Below the pieces are notes generated by a model. That model was not told where the DNA came from. It worked only from the letters and a program-made list of their open reading frames with translations, and ran no database searches. This document shows positions 53,946-63,900 of a stretch of 64,000 bases of DNA, piece after piece. Made by a program: the position numbers and the translations under genes. Every line of letters begins with the position of its first letter. The stretch's first letter is position 1. Origin of the DNA: a virus; IMG/VR virus record IMGVR_UViG_3300036846_001209, positions 1 to 64,000 of that record; one strand, written 5' to 3'.

Positions 53946-56883
53946 TGTGCTTCGCCCTAGACTTCAGGACGAACTGATCCAGCACCTTGCAGCCGACCTC
54001 GGGGTCGCCGTTGCCCGCGGCGCGGACCTGGGCGGGCGACAGCACATACTCGCCGCCAGCGGCGACGATCGGCACGCCCTCATCGCTGCCGCCATCGGTC
54101 GCCCGCCCGCCGCGGGAGTTCTGCAGCGCCTCGCCGTAGGGACCGGCGCCCTGGCCGTAGGGGCCGCCTGCCTGGCCGTAGGGCGCGCCGCCGAACAGGC
54201 GCCGCATCACCCGGAACCCGGCCTGGGTGTTGCCCTCGCCGTGCGCGCTGACGACGTCCGCGGGCAGCACGTAAGATCCCGACGGCACATGCATGTTGAG
54301 ATGGTCCGTCCGCCCACTGACATGCGAGTGGATCGGCCCGACATGCAGGTGGTGGCGGCGGTGGTCGAGGTTGGAGTGGAAGAGCAGCGGGCCGCCGTGA
54401 GCGCGCCCAGGCGGCTCTAGTCCTCCTCCTCCTGATCCGGGTGCTTCGGGAGGTGGCTGATTATCGCCTGGATCTGGTCGAACGACAGGTTGGCGAAGTG
54501 CGCGTGCAGCGGGTCGTCGGCGTCGATCATCACCGCCTGCTCGTGCCTTTTCGATCTCGTTGGCGACTTGGTGTGCGGCTTCTTCATAACTGATGTCCGC
54601 CGACGGGCGGCCTCCGAGGTCGCCATAGAGGCGCTTCTCATAGTACCACAGGACTGCCTGAATATCAGCAGTCGAGATGTCGTGTCCGGCCTTCTTGAGT
54701 AACTGTCTCGCCTTCTCGGTTGTCTTTAGCATGAAGGTCCGGTCGGTGGCGCGGAACGGCTGATCCTCGAGGTTCTCGAAAGCGGCCTTGTGGATGGTGT
54801 TGGCGGCCTTCTCGATCTCGGCGCGCCGCGGATTGAAGCCGGGGGGATGCTTGAAGCCGCGCTCGGCGTAGGCGTCGCGGTAGGGGACGGTGGCGGCGAG
54901 CGCCTCGTCGTCGCTCATCATGTGCGCGGGCAGGTTCCGGCGTTCGTGGTTGGTGACCAGTTGCTTGAAGCGGTCGAGGCCTTCGCGGGTCGGCTCGGGG
55001 ATCAGGGTGCCGCGGTAGCGGTTGAAGGTCCGCGACCACCAGCGGTCCATCGTCAGGTAGCCGTGGGCGCCCATCAGGTTGGCGTAGAACGCGCCCAGCT
55101 TCGGGCCGAAGAGCAGCGCCGCCATCGGCATCTTGGTGTCGGCCTGGTAGGCGGTGGAGAACGGCAGGCCCGCCTTCTTGGCGGCTTTCGCCAGTTCGCC
55201 GACGGTCGATTCCTGCATGAGGTGCTTGCGCATCCCGGCCGGACCCATCGTGTCGAACAGGCGCTGGATGTTGGAGACGTTCTGGTCGACCGAGGCCTGC
55301 CGCTGGTGGCCGCGGGAGGTGGTGAACTGGCCGGTGTTGCGGAAGTTGCCGTAGAGGTCGAGCGCTTGGCGGAAGTTCGGCACCACCTTCTGCCCGTCCG
55401 AGGTGACCGCGATCAGCGACGTCAGCAGGTGCCGCGACTCCTTCGGCGAGATGGTGCGCCCGTCCGGCAGCGTCAGCCCAGGTGCACCGCGCTTGCGGCT
55501 GAGCTCGGGGTGGATGGCGGCGAAGCGGTCGAGCGCCTTCTTGAACTTGAACGAGTACCAGCCGGCGCCGGACTTCTTCGGGGTCTTGAGCTCGTGGGCG
55601 ACCTCCTTCGCCATCCACGGCGCGATGCGGTCGCCTGCCTCCTCGGAGGTGTCGTGCCGATCGATCATCCCGGCTTCCGCGCGCTGCCGCGCCTCGAGCG
55701 CCGCGGCGACGTTGCGGACGGAGTGCTTCTGGTTGGGGTCGAGGCCCTGTGCCGCGAGCGTATCCTTGCGCTGGCGCAGCGGCAGCGAGGTGCCCCACTC
55801 CTCGTTGGTGCCGTCGATCGGGTTCGGCGTGAAGCGTGGCTCGGTGGGCATCGGGCGCTCGGCGCCAAGCATCGGCCCGCGCGCGGCCCGCATCGCGACG
55901 GCGACCGGATTGCGCTCGGCCATGAAGTCGGCGCCCAGGTTCGGCAGCGGAGCGGCCGCAGGCGGCGCGGGCGCAGGGGCTACAGGCTCGGGCGCGGCTT
56001 CCGGCATGGGTAGCGGCTCGCCAAGCCCGCCGCCCTCCTGGCGCGCTCTGCGGGCCGCGCCGCCCGCGGCGAACAACTGATCCTCGCGTCGGCCGTAGAC
56101 CGGCCTGTGCGCCAGCATCACCGGCCCCGACTGCAGCACCCGCTGGGCGCTGACGATCGGCTCCTCGGTCTTGCGGTCGTAGAAGTAGGAGTGCCGCTCG
56201 GGGTCCATGCCGACCTGAGCCCACTCGGGATCGTTGAGGTGCTGGCGGATCAGTTGGTGGATTGCGGCGGGATCTTGTTTCACCAACTTGCCATGTACCG
56301 CCGCGAAGGGCGACTTGGCCTCTCCGCTGGCGATCTTCAGCGCCGTCTTCTGGGGCATACCGAACTGAGCATCGGTGATGTGCGCCGCAGGCTCGTAGGA
56401 GAGCGGCTTCATGGTCTTGCGGTCGTGGACGACCGGCGCCCAGACGCCGTGGTTGGTGTAGGCCGGGATGTCCAGCCTGAGCGACACCGGGTGGCCCTCG
56501 GGATACTCGTGCAGTTTGCCGATCCGGTCGTGCTTATTGGACGAGAGCGCCCGCTCCAGATCGGCGCGGCTCGCTAGCGGCGGCGGCTCGGCGTAGGGGC
56601 GCACCGGCTTGAACGCCCGCACCAGGGCGCCGTAGTCGGCCCCGCCGATCTGACCGGCGGCTAACTGCTTGGCGCCCTCGGTTAGTTGCGGCACTCGCTT
56701 GGAGGCCTCGCGCGGGGTCATCGCCAGCCGGTCGGGCGCGAAACTGCCGCCACCGTCCTGGCGGCTCTGGCGCGCAGCCCGCATCGCGGCGGCGATCGCC
56801 TGGTCGCGCGGATGGCCCGCGTGGATCATCTCGGCGATGTTGCGCCCGACGACAGGCTCCGATGAACCATGCTCAAGGGGCAT
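53905..56883 (-). CDS. multidomain putative virion protein with HhH-glycosylase-like central domain
   Basis: N-terminal MPLEHG…NIAEMIHAGHPRDQAIAAAM peptide; LRLDIPAY…GMDPERHSYFYD domain; WY…GPKLGAFYANLMG…LTMDRW…DIQAVLW domain; C-terminal SGRTD…GSYVLPADVVS…GGEYVL domain. Confidence 0.7.
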   Translation of the reverse strand: MPLEHGSSEPVVGRNIAEMIHAGHPRDQAIAAAMRAARQSRQDGGGSFAPDRLAMTPREASKRVPQLTEGAKQLAAGQIGGADYGALVRAFKPVRPYAEPPPLASRADLERALSSNKHDRIGKLHEYPEGHPVSLRLDIPAYTNHGVWAPVVHDRKTMKPLSYEPAAHITDAQFGMPQKTALKIASGEAKSPFAAVHGKLVKQDPAAIHQLIRQHLNDPEWAQVGMDPERHSYFYDRKTEEPIVSAQRVLQSGPVMLAHRPVYGRREDQLFAAGGAARRARQEGGGLGEPLPMPEAAPEPVAPAPAPPAAAPLPNLGADFMAERNPVAVAMRAARGPMLGAERPMPTEPRFTPNPIDGTNEEWGTSLPLRQRKDTLAAQGLDPNQKHSVRNVAAALEARQRAEAGMIDRHDTSEEAGDRIAPWMAKEVAHELKTPKKSGAGWYSFKFKKALDRFAAIHPELSRKRGAPGLTLPDGRTISPKESRHLLTSLIAVTSDGQKVVPNFRQALDLYGNFRNTGQFTTSRGHQRQASVDQNVSNIQRLFDTMGPAGMRKHLMQESTVGELAKAAKKAGLPFSTAYQADTKMPMAALLFGPKLGAFYANLMGAHGYLTMDRWWSRTFNRYRGTLIPEPTREGLDRFKQLVTNHERRNLPAHMMSDDEALAATVPYRDAYAERGFKHPPGFNPRRAEIEKAANTIHKAAFENLEDQPFRATDRTFMLKTTEKARQLLKKAGHDISTADIQAVLWYYEKRLYGDLGGRPSADISYEEAAHQVANEIEKARAGGDDRRRRPAARALRQPVVRPDPGDNQPPPEAPGSGGGGLEPPGRAHGGPLLFHSNLDHRRHHLHVGPIHSHVSGRTDHLNMHVPSGSYVLPADVVSAHGEGNTQAGFRVMRRLFGGAPYGQAGGPYGQGAGPYGEALQNSRGGRATDGGSDEGVPIVAAGGEYVLSPAQVRAAGNGDPEVGCKVLDQFVLKSRAKHISTLKGLPGPAKD
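54417..54587 (-). CDS. nested alternate-frame small ORF (56 aa, or 37 aa from 54530)
   Basis: MIDADDPLHAHFANLSFDQIQAIISHLPKHPDQEEED uses nearly all G/C-ending codons, while the host frame turns to A/T-ending codons. Confidence 0.5.
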   Translation of the reverse strand: MKKPHTKSPTRSKRHEQAVMIDADDPLHAHFANLSFDQIQAIISHLPKHPDQEEED

Positions 56884-57328
56884 AGCTGGCGAGCCTTCCG
56901 TTCGAACCAAGGTTCCTTGCTCGGATGCGCGTGACTAGGACTCGGCGCTCTTCGATCTCCTCGCTCGACAGCGGCCGCCGCTGCCCGCTTTTGGACTTCA
57001 TCATCCTCGCGACCGCGATGGCATCCCGCGCTCGATCAGCCTTCACTGTGAGATAGGGCAGGAAGGCCTCAAGGATGTCGGCCGCATGTCGAGCGTGATA
57101 CGTGCAGGTGTAGATCGGCTTGCCTGATCGGGTCAGGCGCCGCTCCGTTCTCACATGGCCGCCGAAGACTTCAGCGAAACGCTCGACCGGCGCCCGATCA
57201 CACATCGTGACGCTGATCGTCATCATCACGCTGTTTACGCTCGTGAAGTGGTGCCGGGCACTGATCGAGCCTTCACCGTCGAAGAGGCCAGCGAGGTAGG
57301 CGATCATCTCTGCATGCGCGAGGGGCAT
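56873..57328 (-). mobile_element. free-standing LAGLIDADG homing endonuclease
   Basis: IAYLAGLFDGEGSI…LPYLTVK; flanked by an 8-bp direct repeat ATGCCCCT. Confidence 0.85.
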
Positions 57329-57726
57329 CAGGAGTAGCTCACGGTGACTGTCTGGCCGGCGCCGGGGATCACTACCAGACCGAGACTGACGGGCAGATTC
57401 ACGAATACCGACCCGACCGCGTTCGGTATCACATAGATCACCGGGGCTGTCGCGGCGGCGCTGTTGGAGTCGACGATCGCGCCTGGCGCGGTGCCAGCGA
57501 CGGTGACGTTGACGAACGCCACCCGGCCGGGTCCCAACTTCTGCAGCAGCGGGCCGCCGCTGACCCCCGGCGCGGTCGCCATCCCGTTCAGCTGCAACAG
57601 GGTTTGCCCGAGGTTGGCGATGTTGACGGCGACGTTCTTGACCGCGGTCAGCAAGTCGCTGAGAGACGCGCCGGCTGGGCCTTGACCATGCCCTGGGTGG
57701 CCGCCGCCTGGAGTTTCGAGGGTCAT
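57328..57726 (-). CDS. tail-module structural protein
   Basis: ASLSDLLTAVKNV…GLVVIPGAGQTVTVSYS; coupled to the nozzle gene. Confidence 0.6.
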   Translation of the reverse strand: MTLETPGGGHPGHGQGPAGASLSDLLTAVKNVAVNIANLGQTLLQLNGMATAPGVSGGPLLQKLGPGRVAFVNVTVAGTAPGAIVDSNSAAATAPVIYVIPNAVGSVFVNLPVSLGLVVIPGAGQTVTVSYS

Positions 57727-59810
57727 CCGTACCTCCCGGCGGGCTGGCCGCGGTAGCGGATGCGGCCGAGGCGCCAGAACGAGCCGATGTCGGACGACAT
57801 GATCTGCATGGCGAAGAGCCGCGCGCGGGCGCGCAGGTTGAACCACGTGGATAGCTGGGTGACGCTGAACGGCCCGATTATCCACGGGATCTGCTCGGGG
57901 AAGTCGGCCAGGAAGAAGGTGATCTGCATGGTGGCGTTCTGCGGCGCGCCGTACTCGCCGTAGCGGAAGTCGGGCCACATCTCGTCGACGAAGGTCTTCA
58001 TGTCCCCCTCGGAGAGGGTGAAGTAGCCGGTCTGGAAGGACGCGCTCATCGCCACCCCGTCGGCGTCGTTCGACACCTCGTGCTGGTAGATGAAGCGGCT
58101 CGTCGGATCAGCGCCGATCGGTGCTCCGAGCACGGACTGATCGATCCACGCCGAGCGCGCCAACTGGCCGTAGTCCCACCAGCCCAAGGCGTAGTTGTAC
58201 TTCAGGAAGGTGCCGACCTCGCCGTTCGACCCCAAGGTCGGGATGTACCAGGCGATCTCGTTGAAGCGGCTGTTCACCGCAACGCGGATCTTGTCGACGG
58301 CGGCCATGTCGACGTCTTGGAACGCGACGTCCCAGACCGGGCAGGCGAGCGGCTGCACGCCTTCGCTGGTCATCGAGAAGAACTGGGTCGGCCCCATCCA
58401 GTAGACGACGCCGTTGGCCGCCGCGGCCGCCTTCCTCGAGATCAGCCCGCAGCCGGTGGCGACCTCGTTGAAGCCGTAGATGTAGGGCGGCCCGATGTAC
58501 TGCATCGTCCAGATCGCAAGGTCGGTCCACAGCAGCCCTTGCTGCGGCCCCTGGATGCCGCCGACGATCTTGGAGCCGCGCGGCAGACGGAACTTGCCCG
58601 CCTGGGAGCCGGTCGCCGGATTGGGGATCCAGTTATTGAAGTTGGAGACGTCGCACCACCTGACCAGCAGCGGGTCCTGAATCCCGGTGTCGGTCGAGCC
58701 CCAGGCGATGACCTGGCGTTGCGGCATCCCAACGAAAAAGCCGTCGTTCACGGTCGGCGCGTTGGGGATCACCGAGGCCTGCGGCGCGCCCGAGGTCGGG
58801 TCCCACTGGTAGATCGGCTGGAAGAGGCTGTTGTTGACCGGGCAGCTGAGCAGCACCTGGCCGAAGTTGTCGAGCACCCAGTCCGAGGCGGTGATGAAGG
58901 CGCCGGTGGCGGGGTTGACCGCCTGCCCGCTGCCGCCGAACGGGCCGACGCCGAAACCACCCACGCCGAAGCCGGTGGGCGGCTGGGTCGGGCCGATGCC
59001 GAACGAGTAGAGGATGCGCGCCGCGCCGCCGTTCACGGTGGCGGTCGCCGCCGAGGTGGCGCTGGCGTTGGCGATGATCGTGAAGCTGTTCGGCCCGAGG
59101 ATGGTCTGGACGGCGTAGTTGCCGAAGACGGTGACGCCGCCGACCGGCGTCGCCACCAGCACCGAGTAGTTCTGGCCGGGCGTCAGCCCGTGGTTGGTCA
59201 GCCCGACGGTGACCACCGGCGAGCCCACGGTGGTGGTGTAGGTGGCGACCGAGCCCGGCGAATCGGTGGTCGCTGCCGGCAGTGGGTTGCCCAGCACGTC
59301 GGTGGCGGTGATCTGGTACTGGGTCGCGTTGATCGCAGTGACCGGGTAGGCGCCGACGAGGTGCAGACCACCGACGCTGATGTTGGTCTGGATGTAGACG
59401 GTGTCGAACGAGGTGACGTTCGGCAGCGTCGGGTCGGTGATGATCACGTTCGGCGAACCGGCGGTGGTCGCGAAGGCGATGGTCGGGTTGGTGGTCGCGG
59501 TGGTCGGGGTGATGTCGCTCACCACGCCGCCGGTGACCACCGCAAGCTGGCTGCGCCCGCCATAGGCCTCGGTGCCGTAGGCGAGGTGCTTGACCGCGTT
59601 GGTGTCTTCCCAACCCCAGAGCGCCCGCACCTTGGCGGGCGTCGCCGTGGCGAGGTACTTGGCCCAGCCGCCCAGCTTCTGCACCATCGGGCGCTGGTCG
59701 TCGTCGTACTGGTAGCGGATCAGTTGGCTGGCCGAGAGGCCGAACTGGTTGAGCGCCGGGGTCCGATTGACGTTCACACCATCGGCGAGCTCGACGGGCT
59801 GGTGGGGCAT
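57723..59810 (-). CDS. tail nozzle/stabilisation protein (P22 gp10/T7 tubular-B-like)
   Basis: 695 aa beta-rich; QKLGGW, DPLLVRWCD, NEIAWY and WRLGRIR motifs; follows the adaptor. Confidence 0.7.
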   Translation of the reverse strand: MPHQPVELADGVNVNRTPALNQFGLSASQLIRYQYDDDQRPMVQKLGGWAKYLATATPAKVRALWGWEDTNAVKHLAYGTEAYGGRSQLAVVTGGVVSDITPTTATTNPTIAFATTAGSPNVIITDPTLPNVTSFDTVYIQTNISVGGLHLVGAYPVTAINATQYQITATDVLGNPLPAATTDSPGSVATYTTTVGSPVVTVGLTNHGLTPGQNYSVLVATPVGGVTVFGNYAVQTILGPNSFTIIANASATSAATATVNGGAARILYSFGIGPTQPPTGFGVGGFGVGPFGGSGQAVNPATGAFITASDWVLDNFGQVLLSCPVNNSLFQPIYQWDPTSGAPQASVIPNAPTVNDGFFVGMPQRQVIAWGSTDTGIQDPLLVRWCDVSNFNNWIPNPATGSQAGKFRLPRGSKIVGGIQGPQQGLLWTDLAIWTMQYIGPPYIYGFNEVATGCGLISRKAAAAANGVVYWMGPTQFFSMTSEGVQPLACPVWDVAFQDVDMAAVDKIRVAVNSRFNEIAWYIPTLGSNGEVGTFLKYNYALGWWDYGQLARSAWIDQSVLGAPIGADPTSRFIYQHEVSNDADGVAMSASFQTGYFTLSEGDMKTFVDEMWPDFRYGEYGAPQNATMQITFFLADFPEQIPWIIGPFSVTQLSTWFNLRARARLFAMQIMSSDIGSFWRLGRIRYRGQPAGRYG

Positions 59811-59817
59811 CTCGAGT

Positions 59818-60600
59818 TCATGTCCGCGTCGGGGTGGCGACCGGCGACGGAGCTCGCGATGTCCAGGCGTCGGCTTCGAAGCGCTTGCGGTACTCCTCCT
59901 TGTCCACCGCGGCCAGCAGCGTGCCGTACTGCGTCTCGTAGGAGAGCGCCATCTGCGGGTCGTCGGACTGGCGCCCGAAGTCGCGCTGATAGGCGCTGAC
60001 GTAGATCATGCACGCCATCACCAGAAGGTCCGGCAGCCAAGTTGAGATCCACGTGGTCCCGACATTGGCCTGGGCGGCAGTGGCGTAGGTGGTGAGCGAC
60101 GGCGCGCGCATGGTGCCGTAGAGCGAGACTGGATAAGCGATATCGGGCGGCGGTCCGAACAGGATCATGTTGCCGGTGAGGCCGCCGGTCGCGAAGTCGC
60201 CACCGCCCATCGCGAACACCGTCGGCGCCCCCGGCGCCGAGTCGCCCGGCCAGCAGACGTTGAGGTAGGGAATCGAGACGGGCAGCACCGACCTCCACCC
60301 ACTTTTGCCGCCGATGTTGATCTCCACCATCTGGATGACCACGAAGTCGGCGGGGGGCACCGACAGCCACTGATAACCCGGCGTCAGCGTGTAGCCGGCG
60401 CGGGCCGTCTGCGTCGCCAGGAGCTCGAGATCGCGTTGAATCCGCTGTTCTGCGTAGTTCAGCATCTGCGGGATCAGCGCGGTGAAGTTTGGGTCGACGC
60501 CCTGCAGCACACCGCTCACCATCTGCGTCTGGTAGGGCGCCAGCAGCGCCACCTGGGTGACAAGGCCGTTGTAGGTGAGGGCGGTCGGGGCGCCAGCCAT
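59818..60600 (-). CDS. head-tail adaptor protein
   Basis: TY..L…AEQRI.RDL…GPPPD.AY…TTWIS…PDLL. Confidence 0.7.
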   Translation of the reverse strand: MAGAPTALTYNGLVTQVALLAPYQTQMVSGVLQGVDPNFTALIPQMLNYAEQRIQRDLELLATQTARAGYTLTPGYQWLSVPPADFVVIQMVEINIGGKSGWRSVLPVSIPYLNVCWPGDSAPGAPTVFAMGGGDFATGGLTGNMILFGPPPDIAYPVSLYGTMRAPSLTTYATAAQANVGTTWISTWLPDLLVMACMIYVSAYQRDFGRQSDDPQMALSYETQYGTLLAAVDKEEYRKRFEADAWTSRAPSPVATPTRT

Positions 60601-60601
60601 C

Positions 60602-60934
60602 TCAGAGGCTCGGGATCGGCGCGTCGGGCGGCGCCGTGGGCGGGACCAGCGGGTCTTGCGAGGGGCGGCTGACAAACAGCGGCGCTTGGCCGATGGCCGC
60701 CGGCATCTCCACCCCGTCGAACGGGTTGATCTCGGGCAACGCCGCGCCTGCCGATCCGAAGTAGCCGGGGGCGACGCCGGCATCCTGCTCCAGCGCGCGC
60801 ATCAGGTTGGAGAACGTCGCGTAGGCAAAGGCCACTGAGAGCGCCTGCTGCGGCGCGGTGATGGTGGTGCGCAGGATGTCCAGCGCCTCACGCGCCCGCA
60901 CGCCCCTGCCGTTCAGTTCTCGCGGATCGATCAC
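60602..60934 (-). CDS. hypothetical protein (possible fibre chaperone)
   Basis: AGGAGG RBS plus GTG overlapping the fibre stop codon. Confidence 0.55.
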   Translation of the reverse strand: MIDPRELNGRGVRAREALDILRTTITAPQQALSVAFAYATFSNLMRALEQDAGVAPGYFGSAGAALPEINPFDGVEMPAAIGQAPLFVSRPSQDPLVPPTAPPDAPIPSL

Positions 60935-63900
60935 ATCGGTCCTCCTGTCGACATCACCCACCAGTGGCCGCCGGGCGCAGCGGCGCTGGCGTTGCCGACC
61001 CACTTGAGCCGCACGACGGTCTGCTGACCACCCTGGCCGATGTTGATGGTCGGCGTCGGCGCCTTCACCGTCGTCGGGTCCCACTGCACGATCATGCCGC
61101 CCGCGATGGTCGAGCCGGGGGTCAGGAAGAGGTCGATGTCGACGATCAGGCCCGCCCCGAGCGGCACGAGGCCGAGCACGGTGTTGTTCGCCGAGACGGT
61201 GCAGTAGACGTTCGACTGGCCGAGGTAGGTGATGCCGATGGTGAACGGGGTGCTCGCCGCGGTCACGCCGAACCGCGGCGGCTGCGTATACTGCGCACCA
61301 CTCTTGTAGGAGAACGAGCCGGGAGCGCCCTCCCCAGGGCGGATACCTTGCCCCTGGATGCCGCCCGGCACCGCGTAGGGGTTGTCCATCCGGCTGATCA
61401 AGCCGACCTTGCCGTAGCCGCCAAGCTGGCACTGGTCGAGCGCGCCGACGCCCCAGAACACGTCGAAGTCGATGACCATGTGGGTGAGGCCGCCATCGGC
61501 GATGCCGGCGCTCCAGTAGCCGAAGCCGTCGATCGCGTAGGTCGCCGCGTTCTGCGGGTTGCCGTAGTTGTCGACGATCTCCCAGAGCGGCTGGGTGATC
61601 GAGGCGACGCCGGCCTGCATCTCCTCGCTGGGGATCGCGCCGAGCGTCTGGTTGATCACGTAGACGCCGACGCCGCCCGTGGTGTTGGCGCTCATCGTCT
61701 GCGACGCCACCAAGAGGTTGCCCAGGCCGCTCAGCGCGTAGGTGCCGACGCCGCCGGTGCCGGTGCTGGTCAGGCTGGGGACGATGGTCGCCTGCGCGGT
61801 GAGGCCCGCCGGGCCGCCGGTCACCGGCACGTTGACGGTCTGGCCGACGCCCAGCACGCCGCTCGCCATCGCCGTCACGGTGAGGACGGCGCCGACGGCC
61901 CCATGACCATCATCCACGGTGGCGGTGAACGCCGCCGCGAGGCCGCCGCCGCTGAGCGGCCACGCCGCGGTCATCGCTTCGCTCGCGACAGTCACCGCGG
62001 CGCTGTAGTTGTAGAGGCCGATGCCGCCGGTTGCCCCGCTAAGCTGCGCACCCAGGATGATGTTGGCTGGAACGCCAGCGCCCTGGATCAGTTGGCCGGG
62101 GACCAGCGCGCCCGAGGTGATCGCGGTGACGTTCAACTGCTGGCTGGTGTTCATCGAGCCAGTGAAAGCGCAGTGGCCGCTAAGTTGCGCTGAGCCGCTG
62201 ACGTTGTAGGTCCCCGCTCCGCCCGGCGGGCCGCTGATCTGGCTAAGGATGACGCTGCCGGCGTTCACCTTGCCGCCGGTCAGCGGCGAGCCTGGGCGGA
62301 CAGAACCTGCAGCCACCGCCGTCACGGTCAGGATGCTGCCCGGCGTGACGCCGCCCGCGCTGCCGTCGTCCACATAGCCGGTGAACCCGGCGCCCTCGGC
62401 GGCGATCTGAGCCGGCGGGGTGGTCGGCAGGCCCGCGCCGCCGAGATACTGGCCCACCGCCAGGACGCCGCTCGCGACCGCAGTGACGGTCAGCAGGGCG
62501 CCGCTGATCGAGCCGGTGAAGTCCGCACCGATGGCTTGGGAGAACGCCAGCGTGTACTGGCCGACCGCGCCAGCCGCGCCCGAGGTCTGCGCGACGAGGA
62601 AGTTGAAGCCGGAAACGGAAGCGCCGAGCAAGATCGGGTTGGTGGGCGCGCCGAAGATGTTCGCCGTCGTGCCGCTCGACTGCAAGTACCAGCCGCTGGC
62701 GCCGGGGTGCTGGTTCTGCACCTTGCCCGCCAGCGCCATCGCGATCCCCGAGCCATCGGGGAAGATGCCCTGGCTGGGCAGCATCACCCAATCGCCCGCG
62801 TTGAGCGGCTGGGCGCTCTGCAGCAGGTTGAAGCCCTTCGCGATGGTCGTGCCCCAGCCGCTCGCGTTGCGCTGGAACTGGCCGAAGTGGGTGACCGCGC
62901 CCCAGTTCGGCGGCGCGCCGGCCGAGGCGCGGAATATCTTGTACCAGTTCGCGCCCGCGCGCAGGAAACCCGGCGTAACGGTCAATGTGTTGGCGGTGTT
63001 GGACTGGATGGTGCAGGGGTTGGAGGCCTGCCACACGCCGGGCGCAAGTATCCAGACGCCGCAGCCGGCCCACTGGTTAGGCGTCCAGCCGGGGCTCGGC
63101 GTGAACGAGATCACCGTCGTCGTGGTCGAGGCGTCGCTCAATATCCAGGGCGGCCCGCCGTCGTCGGCCAGCATCACGGTGGTGTAGTTGTCGAGCGCGT
63201 TGGCGCTCCCCACCGCCGGGTTGTTGACCGCCAGCAGCGTCTGCGGCGTCCAATGCATGTTGGGCGACCAGCCGGGGTAGTAGCCGCCGGTCGTCCAGTT
63301 CGTCACGCTGGACTGGTGGCTGGTGTCGATCATCCCGACCGAGGCTTCGGAGCGGCAGCCGATCACCACGCACGACTCGGTGGCGACCTGGGCGGCGTAG
63401 AAGTCGGCGCCGCCCAGGTGGACCTGGGAGCGCATCGGGACCTGATAGTAGACCTGGGACAGCGTCTCGTTCTCGGTCAGCATCGTGTAGGCGCTGAACG
63501 AGCCGCCGAACGCCCCGACGCCGTAGCGCGGGCAGGCCTGGGTCTGACCGCCGAAGAAGGTGCCGGCGATGGCGTTGGCGCCGCCGAAGGTGAAGCCGTC
63601 GTCGCAGCCCTGCACCCAGCACCCGAAGAAGAGTTGGGTGTCGCCCTGCGCGGCGCCGCCTTCAGGCGAGACGGCGACACCGCACTTGCTGGTGGCGTAG
63701 TTACCGCTGATCGACCAGTCGTGCAGCGTGTTGTTCTCGACGTTGAGGCCGGGCGCGCCGGGGGTGTGCGAGAGGCTGACGAGGTAGTTGCTGACGCCAC
63801 CCAACGACGAGTCGGCGACAGCGAGGCTTTTGACCGTGCTGAAAGCCAGCGTGTTGAACTTCACCGCTGGGCCGACGTTGGTGGTCGCCGTAGCGTTGCC

